Shown: positions 24,990 to 39,235 of the stretch, piece by piece
Layout: each line of letters starts with the position of its first letter
Numbering within the stretch: position 1 is the first letter of the stretch
NCBI GenBank assembly: GCA_030390025.1
Contig: CM059432.1
Coordinates: 72,542,001 to 72,606,000, forward strand
Length of the DNA stretch: 64,000 nucleotides
Source of the DNA: Squalus acanthias
Lineage: Eukaryota
Reading direction: 5' to 3'
Translations under genes and position numbers: made by a program
Notes under the pieces: model-generated
Seen by the model: only the letters and a program-made list of their open reading frames with translations
What the model was told of the DNA's origin: nothing
Database searches by the model: none

Positions 24990-26383
24990 AGTCCTTGGCT
25001 GGAAAATGTAGGCACAGGTCTCTCCAGGCCGAGATTCAAGGCTCCAATGAGCAGGGTGTGGCTGGAGAGCAAGATCGACCCACCCCTTTAAGAACTGGCC
25101 GGCGCCAGTGTGTCTGTGTTCCATCACTAAGTGACATCACCTGCGCTGCGCCCATGCTCTGAGTTAGCTCCTCGGCCTTAAGACAGGTGTGCAGCGCCTG
25201 ATTTAGCGCTCTAATCACCACCGGGGTGATGAAAGCCAAGTTTGCAGTCGGAGGCGATAATTAGCGCCAGGCGCTAAACTTTGCGCCCGGCCGATAATTG
25301 CGCCCCAAACAGAGCGATACAGAATTTCTCCCCCACAGATTCTAAACCAGCAAGTATAAATTAGATTTTAAATCATTTACAGAAAGCTAAATAAAGATTG
25401 GGAAAGACAGATAGGATTAAGAAAGAGAGAGAAAGAAAAGAGACAGATAGAAAAAGTAAAAAATAAATCTCCAACAGTAATTAACTTCTGAAGGAATGAG
25501 ACTCCACACACAAGAGAGGTTGTTTGCCAGTACTTATCACGCAGTTAAAATTCACTTAATCCTGATTGCACCAGCCCTAACTTTTTCTAGCTTGTTTAGT
25601 GGGTAAGTACCCTAACTTCACGGCGTTGCATGAATTTCAATGCCGAGTCTATCAGCGAGGTTCTGTTATAGAGCAGCCTGTGGAGGAGCAGGGCAACTTG
25701 GACAGAAACTTCCGGATTTCCTTGTTTCCCGTGCATATGAGTACTCCAGAAGTTGCTGTCTGATTTGCTCCATTTATAATGATGAGCGTGACAGCCTCAC
25801 CATTATTATTAACACAAAATCTGGGCCATTGTTTCCTGTATGTGTTTCCTCCCTATTCCCAGAATCTTCCAGAAGATTCAAGCAGAGCCGACAATGGTGA
25901 TTCTGACAATCCCTTACTGGTCAGAAACAGGGGATCAAGGACATTCTGCTATTGGCCAATGCTCAATCAATCTCACTGTCCCATAGGTGGTACCATTTCT
26001 CACAACTCCCAGGTCATATCCTGTACCCAAACACAACCAGCTTTCACTTGATAGCATGGTTAAGAGGATCAATTTCCTCGAAGAGAGGGGGACAAAAGTT
26101 ATTCTGCATTTGGGAACCATTCAAAAAAAGTGTGCCCTTAAAATAGGTGTATTAATTATTGTGTCCATATTTGCTATGCATTGTGCATCTGTAAGTCCTG
26201 CCATTTGCAGCATCTGTAATTTGTTGTTTAAATACTGCTAGAAGGTGATGTCCAGGAACTCATCTACTAATCTGTTTTATATTAACACATGAAAGAAGTT
26301 TATTCAATCTTATTCAAAGGTTGTTTGGATGCTGGTTATACCTCTGATTATGCTGGTTAATGACCTAAGTTGTGAACAAGTTA

Positions 26384-26913
26384 CTGGCTGGCCTCACACG
26401 TTCTACACTACGTAAGCTTGAAGTCATCCAAAACTCGGCTGCCATGTCCTAACTCGCACCAAGTCCCGTTTACCCATCACCCCTGTGCTCGCTGACCTAC
26501 ATTGCCTCCCGGTTAGCAACACCTCGATTTCAAAATTCTCATCCTTGTTTTCAAATCCCTCCATGGCCTCGCCCCTCCCTATCTCTGTAATCTCCTCCAT
26601 CCCCACAACCCCCCGAGATATCTGCGCTCCTCAAATTCTGCCCTCTTGAACATCCTTGATTATAATCGCTCAACCATTGGTGGCCGTGCCTTCTGTTGTC
26701 TGGGCCCTAAGCTCTGGAATTCCCTGCCTAAACCTCTCCACCTCTCTACCTCTTTCCTCCTTTAAGACGCTCCTTAAAACCTACCTCTTTATTGCCCTAA
26801 TTTCTCCTTATGTGGCTCGGTGTCAAATTTTTTGACTTATAATACTCCTGTGAAGCGCCTTGGGACGTTTTACTACATTAAAGGCGCTATATAAATACAA
26901 GTTGTTGTTGTTG
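26384..26913 (+). mobile_element. L2 LINE 3' end
   Basis: KLEVIQNSAA, HITPVLADLH, PKLWNSLP motifs; tail aaggcgctatataaatacaagttgttgttg. Confidence 0.85.
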
Positions 26914-27338
26914 AATAATTATTTTATCACATTACTTTAGCAAATAATTCATGGGCATTGCCTTCTAGTAGTTTTTAAGCAATGAACTGAGTGCTGCAAA
27001 TGCCAGGCGTGCCTTTATTTCTTCCTGTGTACACATTGTATATAAAAATGTGCCCCAAATGCAGAAAAAGTACTCAAAATGAGGGATGTCAGTGCTGGAG
27101 AATGGAATATTTTTCCACTCTCTATCCAGTGTCAGCTTCACTCACTCCCAGACTAGCTAGTTAGATGCAGGGTAGAGCTCTCTTTACTATGCCTCAACAA
27201 TATGTCTCTGCCCGAAACTCAGAAGAAATTTCTCCCTTCCCCTTTGGACGATTGTGACATTTTGTTTCCCCACTCCAGCCATCCCTCTAGCCCCTCTTTA
27301 TGAGACTGATACTAGTGCAGACAATGTTTTGATATGTC

Positions 27339-27922
27339 ATAGAGCCATTACGGCACAGAAGAAGGCCATTCAGTCTATCGAGTCCATGCCGGCTCTCTAT
27401 AGAGCAATCAGTCAGTCCTATTCCCCTGCTCTATCCCCATAGCCCTGCAAGTTTATTTCCCTCAAGTGCCTATCCAATTTCCTTTTGAAATCATTGATCG
27501 TCTCTGCTTCCACCACCCTTGTCGGCAGGGAGTTCCAGGTCATTACCACTCGCTGCGTAAAAAAGTTCTTCCTCACATTCCCCCCCTGTATCTCTTGCCC
27601 AAAACTTTAAAGCTGTGTCTCCTAGTCCTTGTACCATCAGCTAATGAGAACAGCCTTTCTCTGTCTACCTTATCCAAACCCGTCATCATCTTGTACACCT
27701 CTATCAAATCTCCCCTCAACCTCCTTTGCTCCAAGGAGAACAACCCCAGCTTCTCCAGCCTAACCTTGTAGCTAAAATCCCTCATCCCTGGAACCATGCT
27801 GGTAAATCTCCTCTGCATCCTCTCAAGGACCTTCACATCCTTTCCAAAGTGTGGTGACCAGAACTGGATGCAATACTCTAGTTATGGCCTAACCAGAGCT
27901 TTATAAAGGTTCAGCATAACTT
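27339..27922 (-). mobile_element. CR1 LINE 3' fragment
   Basis: RLEKLGLFSLEQRRLRGDLIEVYK. Confidence 0.88.
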
Positions 27923-28296
27923 CTGATGTCACCCATGTGGCCTGTCTGCTCCTGTATAGTATAAAGGAGGCAGCTCCCTCGAGAAAAAGGTGGATGGTTT
28001 TGTGCTATGGACTCATACATTTTGAAGTGGGTTAGGATTGCCAATACTTATTTTATTTAGGACCCCAAGAGCTGACAATTCAAACCAATGTCTTGGAGGT
28101 GAAAGGACAGTGTACACAATCCCTGCTCCAACTGCTTTGCCCCTAAAGTCAAGCACTCGTGATATAATGGATATTTTAGAATGAACACTTCTCTCAAAAT
28201 TGCATTTGTTTTCTTTCAATCCTTTTGACAGTTTCTGAATCTCAATCAGGGGTCTTGAATGTAAGTTAATCAGAACTCTCTTTGTTTTAATTACAG

Positions 28297-28459
28297 AATT
28301 AGTGATATTCGTCAATTTATCATCCAACACCGTCCTGTCTTTGCTAGTTCCTCCTTTGTACTGATGACCACTTTCCCAAATAAAGAGCTGACAGATGAAG
28401 AGCAGACGCTGCAAGAGGCCAAGTTGCTTAATGCAGTGATTGTTCAGCGGCTGAAGTAA
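28297..28459 (+). CDS. UBXN2B: UBXN2B-like terminal coding exon (UBX end, stop)
   Basis: ttacag|; [53 protein letters not shown] then TAA; phase fits the previous exon. Confidence 0.93.
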
Positions 28460-29031
28460 CTTCACCTTTGACTTGTAGGACCATACAGGATGGAACAAGG
28501 CTTACAAATCTTTCCGCATACTGAATCTGAGCTGCGTGCCAAAAGGTGGTAAAATTGCCATGATGCTCACCCCAAATCATTTTAGCACTGGAGGGAGGAA
28601 TGAAGCTGTTGTTGGCCTGGAGCAGGAGACTATCCTCACTCTCCTAGGAAAGCTTATGGGAACAGTTATCTGTACGATAAATGTACTGTTAATATATACA
28701 AGTCTACTAATTCTCATATAGGAATTCCTTTGTCGTAATAGTAACTGGAAACATTCTGCAAAAGTAACTGGAGCCTTCTGACAACTGTTCTAATCTTGAA
28801 ATTTGGTTTAAACAATCACTACTGTATTTGGGCTAGATTCACTTGAATTTAAAAAAAAACTTATTTAAACTGCATCTGGAGATGAAAAATGCACTAAGTA
28901 ATAAGGGCAGACATTGTATTTATGCATGATACTGGTTGTATACAAATATGGAATATCATACTGTTGTTATTTTATGGGAGCTGTAAAAAGTAATTTAAAT
29001 TTATATACTGTTGGTAACCTCATATTTGTGG

Positions 29032-29037
29032 AATAAA
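29032..29037 (+). terminator. Candidate polyadenylation signal of the UBX gene
   Basis: AATAAA ~570 nt after the stop codon in an AT-rich 3' UTR. Confidence 0.45.
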
Positions 29038-29599
29038 ATGTTCTTGAAATGTATTCCATAAAATTATACAATGATGAACGTTGCTTCAGTTGCCACTTCA
29101 GCTGTTTCTGTGAGATGAACATTACCAGCTGTGTCATGTCTTAAATTAATGGTTAGGTTCTTTAAAAGTAGCTGTTGCAGCAATTGCTGCATGTTTTATA
29201 ACTGCTTGTGGAACTAGTTTAAAAAGTTTAAACTTTGGAATTCAGCGATGACTCTATTAATTTAAAAACTAGGTTCAAAATAAGTATTTGTCACTATTTT
29301 CACCTTCTACAGTAACATTCAATAGGAAAAAATTGGAGGGCCCTTTTTAAAAAAATAAATAGCACGAACAGACTATTCCAGGGATAATTTGGCGTTATAC
29401 GGGCGTCATCACTGATAGGATATGAATGCTAACATGCAGTTTATTATTGAGTATCCTCTATTTTCATTTATTTTTCGATCGAGAGCTGGTTATGCAATAA
29501 CTTGTGACAAATGTTATAGAGAAAAGGCTGCAGTTCTAGACCCTGTTAAATGCATAATTTCCACACAACATATAAGGGAAGAAGGACCCATTGGTTGGT

Positions 29600-31361
29600 A
29601 ATAAAAGTAAGCGTTGGTCCCTTAGAGGCTGAGACAGGAGAAATTATAATGGAGAATAAGGAAATGGTAGAGACTTTAAACAAACATTTTGTATCTGTCT
29701 TCACAGTAGAATATACAAAAAGCATACCAAAAATAGTGGGCTAATGAGAGTGAGGAACTTAAAGTAATTAAGATCTGTAGAGAAAAAGTACTTGAGAAAC
29801 TAATGGGACTAAAAGCCGACAAATCCCCTGGACCTGATGGCCTACATCCTAGAGTTCTAAAAGAGGTGGCTGCAGTGATAGTGGATGCATTGGTTGTGAT
29901 CTTCCAAAATTCCCTAGATTCTAGAACGGTCCCAGCAGATTGGAAGGTAGCAATTGTAACCCCGCTATTCAAGAAAGGAGGGAGAGAGAAAACCGGGAAC
30001 TACAGGCCAGTTAGCATGACATCAGTCGTCGGGGAAAATGCTGGAATCCATTATTAAGGAAGTGGTAACGGGACACTTAGAAAATCATAACATGATTAGG
30101 CAGAGTCAACATGGTTTTATGAAAGGGAAATTGTGTTTGCCAAATTTATTAAGAGTTTTTTGAGGATGTAACTAGCAGGGTAGATAAAGGGGAACCAGTG
30201 GTTGTAGTATATTTGGATTTCCAAAAGGCATTCGATGAGGTGCCACATAAAAGGTTGCTACGCAAGATTAGGGTTCATGGGGTTGGGGGTAATATATTAA
30301 TTAGCATGGATAGAGGATTGGTTAATGGACAGAAAACAGAGAGTAGTGATAAACGGGTCATTTTCAGGTTGGCAGGCTGTAACTAGTGGGATGCTTGGGC
30401 CTCAGCTATTTACAATCTATATTAATGACTTGGATGAAGGGACCAAGTGTAATTTATCCAAATTTTCTGACAATACAAAGCTAAGTGAGAAAGTAAGCTG
30501 TGAGGAGGACACAAAGAGCCTGAAAAAGGATATAGACAGGTTAAGTGAATTGGCAATACGGTGGCAGATGGAGTATAATGTGGAGAAGTGAGAGGTTATT
30601 CACTTTGGTAGGAAGAATAGAAAAACATTTTTTAAATGGCGAGAAACTATTACATGTTGGTGTTCAGAGAGTTTTAGGTGTCCTTGTACAGGAAACAGAG
30701 TTGGCAGGCAGGTACAGCAAGCAATTAAGAAGGCAAATGGCATGTTGGCCTTTATTGCAAGGAGTTGGATTACAAGAGTAAGTAGGCCTTGCTACAATTG
30801 TACAGGGCTTTGGTGAGACCACGCCTAGAGTACTGTGCACAGTTTTGGTCTCCTTATGAGGAAGGATGTAACTGCCTTAGAGGCAGTGCAATGAAGATTC
30901 ACTAGCTTGATTCCTGGGATGAGAAGGTTGTCCTATGAGGTGTGATTGAGTAGATTAGGCCTACACTCTCTGGAGTTTAGAAGAATGAGAGGTGATTTCA
31001 TTGAAACATATAAGATTCTGAGGGGGATTGACAGGGTAGATGCTGAGAGGTTGTTTCCCTTGGCTGGAGAATCTAGAACTAGGGGCATATCCTAAGGATA
31101 AGGGGTCGGCCATTTAAGACAGAGATGAGAAGGAATTTCTTCCCTGAGGTTTATGAATCTTTGGATCCTGTGGATGCTCAATCGTTAAGTATATTTAAGG
31201 CTGAGATAAATAGATTTTTGGACTCTAGGGGAATCGAGGAATATGGGGATCGGACGGGAAAGTAGAGTTGAGGTCGAAGATCAGCCATGATCTTATTGAA
31301 TGGCAGAGCAGGCTTGAGGGGCTGCATGGCCTACTCTTGCTCCTAATTCTTATGATCTTAT
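29600..31361 (+). mobile_element. CR1 LINE, 5'-truncated
   Basis: [32 protein letters not shown]; cttatgat tail. Confidence 0.9.
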
Positions 31362-31999
31362 AGTAATCATAAAATTACTGGCTACTAAGAATTGTTTTGT
31401 GTGTTCAAAACAGCAACCATGTCCAGAAGCCTTTTCATGAAGTGGCTACATGGTATGAACTTTGGTTGTCAAATCAGTCCAAGTGAGATGAGTATGCTCC
31501 ATTCTGCTTCTGCAGGCTTCTGAGCTTTAGCAGGGAAAAGTTATCATTCTGGTCTCGGCTGCTACTTTGCACCGGACTAAATTTACACAGGACAACATGC
31601 TGCTTTTTGTATACATCTTCTGTTTACTCCTTTACACTGTTGGAAAATCTGTGATTTAAAAAAAATTAAATTACACTGTGCCTTTCTTCCACAAATTTTA
31701 TTTTCTGTGTTGAAATTTCCTTAAAACAATAAGGCGAATCTTTGCTATCATTTTGAACACAATTTTGAAAATATGAAAGAATGAATATTATTCAGAGTTG
31801 ATTGATTATCCTGGTCTTAATCTCATGGAACTGCTAGTTGGGTATGTGGATGGCAGACATTTTACAACTACATCTAAGCATACAAGATCCTTGTAGTTGG
31901 TAATGTGGTGTGATGTCTTGTCCTTGCTTGATAATGTGTGAAATAGGTGAGTTCTCACGAAAATGCAAAGTATGAGAAACTGCAATGTTTGGTTATAAT

Positions 32000-32741
32000 G
32001 GCCCGGATTTTGCAGTGGTCATAATGGTGAAACTTTCAGCGTTTGCTGTCATTACCCCTCTGGAACTGACCGTAATTTCAGGATTTAGCACATGTGCATG
32101 TAAATGCAGAAATCTGGAAGTTGCAGTCAGTCAACAGGCTGCACTGTGGAACTCCCCATAGCCGGCAAACTGTGAAATCAGTTGAACTGACGAAAACTTC
32201 CCCTTTTCCGCTCTAATATCACAGTTAAACACCCCATAAAAAGTTACACCTTGTCTAACTAGGTCTAACTGATGTTTTAACGCCATATTGACTGCTGAAC
32301 AACTGCTCTGGTCCTGAAAAACTAATTGTATATTTGTGGAATGTCAAATTTCTCCATCGATAAAAATTACTAGATTTTTAAAATAATAAATATATTTTTG
32401 TAAAGTTTGTTTATGCTATTTCATCTTCTACCTTAACCCCATGTGTATGTCCCAATCTTCATTTCACTCTGTGAAAAATTTTAAAAGCGGAATGATAATC
32501 CGTGCTTTTTATTTCCTGGTTTTCTTTCTGTGAGAATTCTTCAATGTGATTGGTTGCTTAGACAAATTGATGACATCACAACTAATGTATGCTGGGGATC
32601 CCCTTTTGACAGCGCAACAATCAAATTAAAATCGAGAAAGCTAAAGTTTTCACCACAGAGACCGCAAGATCTTTATGGGCAGCTTTCTTCGCGGTCAGCA
32701 GCGATCGCTGTCACTTCGCCGCTGACTGCAAATTCCGGGCC
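32000..32741. mobile_element. Uninterrupted Harbinger MITE (same family as the 3927 copy)
   Basis: TIRs GGCCCGGATTTTGCAG / CTGCAAATTCCGGGCC; flanks AAT/AGT. Confidence 0.85.
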
Positions 32742-33399
32742 AGTATGTAAACTTAAGCCTACAGATAAGAGACTTTGACTATTTTAATAAACCTTTTGTA
32801 TTTTCATCCAAACCTTTCCTTTAAGTTTTCAGAAGGAAATACAAAAATGGTGTTCTCCTACAGCTTGAAAATGAAACTCCAACCTTGATCGACTCATACT
32901 GGCATTGTCTCATTTTTGTTAAGGCTTTTCTTTTTTTATCTTTAAGAGACTTATAGTCATGAATATCTGAATGTATCAGAAATGGTAATGACTGTAAATT
33001 TACAGTAATTTTCACCAGGTTGTTTGAATAATTTAAATTTTGCAGCTATGAAAATAACTGCAGATTGAACTGGACACTCATTTTAGTAACCTTATGGGAA
33101 TGTTCCTTTTGCACAGCTATTAAATGTTTTCCTGTAAACAGGCACATTGAACAGTGAACTATTTTTGTGTTCTCTTCACAAGGAGTCAAATTCCTTGCAC
33201 CTTCATTGTTTGCATCAGTACACTACTGTATTTTTAAATAAATGCTACATTTCTGGTGACTTGATATAAATTTGTATATTTTTACCTGCAGGGATGTGTT
33301 AAATCATACACCTTTTAAGAAGAAATTGTTCAAAATCCAGTAGAAATTGGACACTCTATCTAATACACTCATATTTTGCCTGTAACCAAAACGCTTTTA

Positions 33400-36300
33400 A
33401 TAGAATCATAGAATGGTTACAGCAAAGGAGGCCATTCGGCCCGGCGAGCCAGTGCTGGCTCTCTGCAAGAGCACTTCAGTTAGTCCCATTCCTGCACCCT
33501 TTCCCCGTAGCCCTGCAAATTTCTTTCCTTCAGCTACTTATCCAATTTCCTTTTGAAAGTCACGATTGAATCTGCCTCCACCACCCTTTCAGGCAGTGTA
33601 TTCCAGATCATAACCACTCGCTCCCTAAAAAAGGTTTTCCTCATGTCGCTTTTGGTTCTTCTGCCAATCACCTTAAATCTGTATCCTCTGGTTCTCGACC
33701 CTTCCGCCAATGGGAACAGTTTCTCTCTATCTACTTTGTCGAGACCTCTCATGATTTTGAACACCTCCATCAAATCTCCTCTCAACCTTCTCTGCTCTAA
33801 GGAGAACAACCCCAGCTTCTCCAGCCAATCACGTAACTGAAGTCCCTCATCCCTGGAACCATTTTTGTAAATCTTTTCTGCACCGTCTCTAAGGCTTTCA
33901 CATCCTTCCTAAAGTGTGGTGCCCAGAATTGGACACAATACTCCAGTTGAGGCAAAACCAGTGTTTTATAAAGGTTCATCATAACTTCCTTGCTTTTGTA
34001 CTCTATGGGCTCGATTTTACCAGCCCTGAGGAGGTGGGTTTGGAGGCGTGTCAGCTGGTAAAATCGGAAAAAATGGCTTCAGACACCCAACCCGCCTCCA
34101 TCCCGCCCCCATGTGATTTTCCTGAGTGTTCAGCTGCTCCCAAACTGACCCAACTCCAACCAGTGGGACAGGTAGTTAAGGCAGTTAAGAGCCTGTTAAC
34201 TGCCTTGATAATCCTATTTTGACAGAGGTTTCCCATTTTCCTGCATCTGGCTCCTGTTTCCCGTCTTGTCAGAAACAGTCCTGCTGCAAGGAGACGAATT
34301 GGTGAAGGACATGATCTGTAGTCATTATTGGTGCAGAACTTTAAAAGTGCTCCTGTAACATGGCTGGCATTCAAATGCAACAACTTTGTTGTTGGAGGTT
34401 TGGAATAAGATTTTGCAAACCTACTGATCTTGCGACTGGTCAAGCTGACACACATCTGCTGTTTGAACTGATTGGAATAATTTCAGGCCACTTTGAGTGT
34501 GCGCTTGCGAGCTTCTTGCCTCAACTGAAATCTATAACAACGGGATGGGAACCATTTACATCCTCTCATCCTGGTCGCCAGATTCGGAGGAAGAGCAGTG
34601 CGGTTTAGTGCAGCCGGATGAACAAGTGGCTCAGAACACAGCCTCCTTGGAGGAAGATGAAGAGTAGGAGGACGGGGAGTGACGCCTTCCGGGGCCGGAT
34701 GTGGCCAATCCAGCAGCAGGTGACCACATCGCTGGCCGTCAGGCAAGGGATGCACTCATCCATGCCAGATTTGCGTAAGCTTATGCTTCAACTACAGGTG
34801 GCTGGCACATGGAGATGAATATAAGTCTGACATTCTCAAAACTCCAGGCATCATCTGTGCAATAAACGATGGTTTGCGCACAGTGTCACCACCAACATTA
34901 TACATGGCATTCGCCCTGAGCCCTCACTCTTGAACTTCCATTTCCCAGAACACAGAGGCCACACTTTAGGTGATCTCAGCAGATCATTAAACCTTTTTCC
35001 ACACTGAACCCATGTGCGTCTGCGCACAGACCTCGAGCTCACCTCCTCAGCAATTTGTAGCCAAGCTGCCTTGATTTGCTGAGGAGGCCTCCTCCTTCCG
35101 TTTCCAGGGAAGAGGAGCTCCTGACGTCCTCTAACTCCCTCAACAAGAGCCCTCATTGAACCTGGGTGCAGCCTTAGTTATTGGGGCTGCCGTTCTGCAA
35201 CAGCCAGCACCTTTAAGAGTAAAAAGCATTAATATCACTAAGCCAATGATTGGAACAAATCTGGCATCTTTTTCATTTCATAGTCAGATAATAAATTGAT
35301 ATATGCAAAAAAATCCTAAAAATTTTTCTGGAAAAATATGACCAGCAATTTCATTCATTAAATTTTGTTCAGAACAGACACTGTCAACTCCCCTTTCTGT
35401 ATATTACAGCACCAAACCATCACATTGACATTTTTCCCAAAGGGGACATGGCCCCTTTAAAATTTCTTTCAAACAACGTGTCATCAGACGCGAGAAACTG
35501 ACAGCCTCCAAGCAATTGCCTGGAGGGACCCGCATGTCGGCCGTAACGAGGCCAATCAACGCAAATTTGTAAGTTCTGGGAGTCGGCTACCAGGAGCGGG
35601 TCGAAAAGCCTCCGAGCAGCAGACCCGCACTCAAGCCGCCTCCAGTAGTAAAATCGCGGCCTATGCCTCTATTTATGAAGCCCAGGATCCCGTTTGCTTT
35701 TTTAACCGCTTTCTCAACCTGCCCTGCCACCTTCAACAATATGTGCACATATACCCCCAGGTCTCTCTGTTCCTGCACCCCATTTAGAATTGTACCCTTT
35801 AGTTTATATTACCTCTCCTCGTTCTTCCTACCAAAATGTATCACTTCGCACTTTTCTGCGTTAAATTTCATCTGTCATTTGTCTGCCCATTCCTCCAGCC
35901 GGTCTATGTCCTCTTGAAGTCTATCACAATCCTCCTCACTTCACTATACTTCCAAGTTTTGTGTCATCTGCAAATTTTGAAATTGTGCCCTGTACACCCA
36001 AGTCCAAGTCATGAAGATATATATCAAGAAAAGCAGTGGTCCTAGTGCCAACTCCTTGGGAACACCACAGTATACCTTCCTCCAGTCCGATAAACAACCA
36101 TTCACCACTACTCTCTGTTTCCTGTCACTTATTCAGTTTTGTATCCATGCTGCCATTGTCCCTTTTATTCAACATTGCTGGCAAGCCTATTATGTGGCAC
36201 TTTATCAAACGCCTTTTGGAAGTTCATGTACACCACATTAACCACACTGCCCTCATCAACCCTCTGTTACCTCATCAAAAAATTCAATCAAGTTAGTTAA

Positions 36301-37980
36301 ACACGATTTGCCTTTAACAAATCCGTGCTGGCTTTCCTTAATTAATCCACACTTGTCCAAGAAACTGTTAATTTTGTCCCAGATTATCGTTTCTAAAAGC
36401 TTCCCCACTACCGAGGTTAAACTGACTGGCCTGTAGTTGCTGGGTTTATCTTTACACCCTTTTTTGTACACGGGTGTAACATTTGCAATTCTCCAGTCCT
36501 CTGGCACCACCCCCGTATCTATGGAGGATTGAAAGATTATGGCCAGTACCTCTGCAATTTCCACCTTTACTTCCCTCAGCATCCTAGGATGCATCCCATC
36601 CGGTCCTGGTGACTTATATACTTTAAGTACAGCCAGCCTTTCTAGTACCTCATCTTTATCAATTCTTTAGGTCCCTAATCGGCCCCACCCCTCCTCTTAC
36701 TACCCGTTTACTATATATACCTATAGAAGACTTTTGGATTCCCTTTTATGTTAGCTGCCAATCTATTCTCATATTCTTTCTTTGCCTCTCTTATTTCCTT
36801 TTTCACTTCCCCCTCTGAACTTTCTATATTCAGTCAGGTTCTCACTTGTATTCTCAACCTGACATCTGTCATACACTCCCTTTTTCTGCTTCATCTTACT
36901 CTCTATCTCTTTCATCATCCAGGGAGCTCTGGCTTTAGTTGCCCTACCTTTCCCCTTCGTGGGAATGTACCTCGACTGTACCCAAACCATTTCTTCTTTA
37001 AAGGCAGCCCATTGTTCGATCACAGTTTTGCCTGACAATCTTTGATTCCACTTTACCCGGGCCAGATCCGTTTTCAACCCACTGAAATTGGCCCTCCTCC
37101 AATTAAGTATTTTTACTCTAGATAACTCCTTGTCCTTTTCCATAGCTAATCTAAATCTTATGATACTATGATCACTGTTCCCTAAGTGTTCTCCTACTGA
37201 CACTTGCTCCATTTGACCCACCTCATTCCCCAGAACCAGATCCAGCAATGCCTCCTTCCTCATTGGACCGGAAACCTATTGATCAAGAAAGTGCTCCTGA
37301 ACACATATCAGAAATTCTTCCCCTTCTCTGCCCTTTACACTATTACTATCCCAGTCTATATTAGGATAATTGAAGTCCCCCATTATCACTACTCTATAGT
37401 TCTTGCACCTCTCTGTAATTTCCCTGCAAATTTGCTCCTCTATATCCTTCCCACTAGTTAGTGGCCTATAGAATACATCTAGTCGTGTAATGGCACCTCT
37501 ATTATTTCTTAACTCTAACCAAATAAATTCTGTACTTGACCCCTCCAGGCCATCCTCTCTCTCCAGCACTGTAACATTCTCCGTAATCAATACTGCCACC
37601 CTACCTCGTATCTTTCCTTCCCTATCTTTCTTGAACACCTTATATCCAGGAATATTTAATACCCAATCCTGCCCTTTTTTGAGCCAGGTCTCCGTTATTG
37701 CCATGACATCAGATTACCATGTGGCTATTTGTGCCTGTGGCTCACCAACCTTATTTACCACGCTTCGTGCGTTCGCACACATGCACTGTAAACCTATCTT
37801 AGACCATCCTGTGTTCTTCTTAGTCTGACCCCACCTAATACCTTACTATTTCTTACTCTAGTGCTATCTGTCTCTCCCAATCCTTTGAGCACCTTGTTTC
37901 TCCTTTTTAATGCTACATCCTGGTGCCCATTCCCCTGCCAGATTAGTTTAAACCCTCCCCAACAGCACTAGCAAACCTCC
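33400..37980 (-). mobile_element. CR1 LINE (endonuclease + RT), split by a deleted Harbinger
   Basis: AITETWL, MGDFNYP, LLDLVL, SDHSII, NYRPVSLTS, LEYCVQFWAP. Confidence 0.92.
34007..35661. mobile_element. Internally deleted Harbinger
   Basis: TIRs GGGCTCGATTTTAC / GTAAAATCGCGGCC, TSD TAT; keeps both ends of the transposase and Myb exon 1 (RRTWVQCGKRFNDL). Confidence 0.85.
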
Positions 37981-39235
37981 CTGCGGTTAAGTTTCTGGTT
38001 AATGGTGACCCCCAGGAAGTTGATAGTGGGGGATTCGGCAATGGTAATGCCATTGAATGTCAAGGGGAGGTGGCTAGACTCTCGCTTGTTGGAGATAGTC
38101 ATTGCCTGGCAATTCTGTGGCGCGAATGTTACCTGCCACTTATCATCCCAAGCCTGAACGTTGTCCAGGTCTTGCTGCATGCGAGCATGGACTGCTTCAT
38201 TGTCTGTGGAGTTGTGAATGGCGCTGAACACTGTGCAGTCATCAGCGAACATCCCCATTTCTGACCTTATGTTGGAGGGAAGGTCATTGATGAAGCAGCT
38301 GAAGATGGTTGGGCCTAGGACACTGCCCTGAGGAACTCCTGCAGTGATGATTGACCTTCAACCACCACAACCATCTTCCTTTGTGCTAGGTATGACTCCA
38401 GCCAGTGGAGCGTTTTCCCCCTGATTCCCATTGACTTCAGTTTTACTAGGGCTCCTTGATGCCACACTCGGTCAAATGCTGCCTTGATGTCAAGGGCAGT
38501 CACTCTCACCTCACCTCTGGAATTCAGCTCCTTTGTCCATGTTTGGACCAAGGCTGTAATGAGGTCGGGAGCCGAGTGGTCTTGGCGGAACCCAAACTGG
38601 GCATCAGTGAGCAGGTTATTGGTGAGTAATTGCCGCTTGATAGCACTGTTGATGACACCTTCCATCACTTTGCTGATGATTGAGAGTAGACTGATGGGGC
38701 GGTAATTGGCCGGGTTGGATTTGTCCTGCTTTTTGTGGACAGGACATACCTGGGCAGTTTTCCACATTGTCGGATAGCTGCCAGTGTTGTAGCTGTACTG
38801 GAACAGCTTGGCTAGTAGGTGCGGCTAGTTCTGGAGCTCAGTAGCCGGGACCCATAGCCTTTGCTGTATCCAGTGCACTCAGCCATTTCTTAATATCACG
38901 TGGAATGAATCGAATTGGCTGAAGACTGGCTTCTGTGATGGTGGGGACCTCGGGAGTAGGCCAATATGGATCATCCACTCAGCACTTCTGGATGAAAACG
39001 CTTCAGCCTTGTCTTTTGCACTCACGTGCTGGGCTCCACCATCATTGAGGATGGGGATATTCTTGGAGCCTCCTCCTCCCGTTAGTTGTTTAATGGTCCA
39101 CCACCATTCATGACTGGATGTGGCAGGACTGCAGAGCTTTGATCTGATCCGTTGATTGTGGGATCGCTTAGCCCTGTCTATAGCATGCTGCTTCTGAGCA
39201 TGCATCTAGTCCTGTGTTGCAGCTGCCCCAGGTTG

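Larger units (their letters stand above)
20911..25334. mobile_element. PIF/Harbinger transposon, second TIR family
   Basis: TIRs GGGGGAAAAATTC / GAATTTCTCCCCC, TSD ACA; transposase on +, Myb-like gene on -. Confidence 0.9.
20692..25827. mobile_element. Harbinger MITE (opposite orientation to the 3927 copy), interrupted by the Harbinger at 20911-25334
   Basis: TIRs GGCCTGGATTTTGT / ACAAAATCTGGGCC; flanks AAT/ATT. Confidence 0.82.
20330..26100 (+). pseudogene. Ancient DIRS-like retrotransposon relic (RNase H/methyltransferase-like region), split by the MITE
   Basis: WRIHSEV..IDIF before the MITE; LYVFPP, VILTIPYW and FHLIAWLRG after it, resembling DIRS YAFPP..IL.AP.W..L.AW.L motifs. Confidence 0.5.

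Noticed and set aside
28013..28498. 161-aa minus-strand ORF
   Set aside because: Antisense shadow of the terminal UBX exon and intron.
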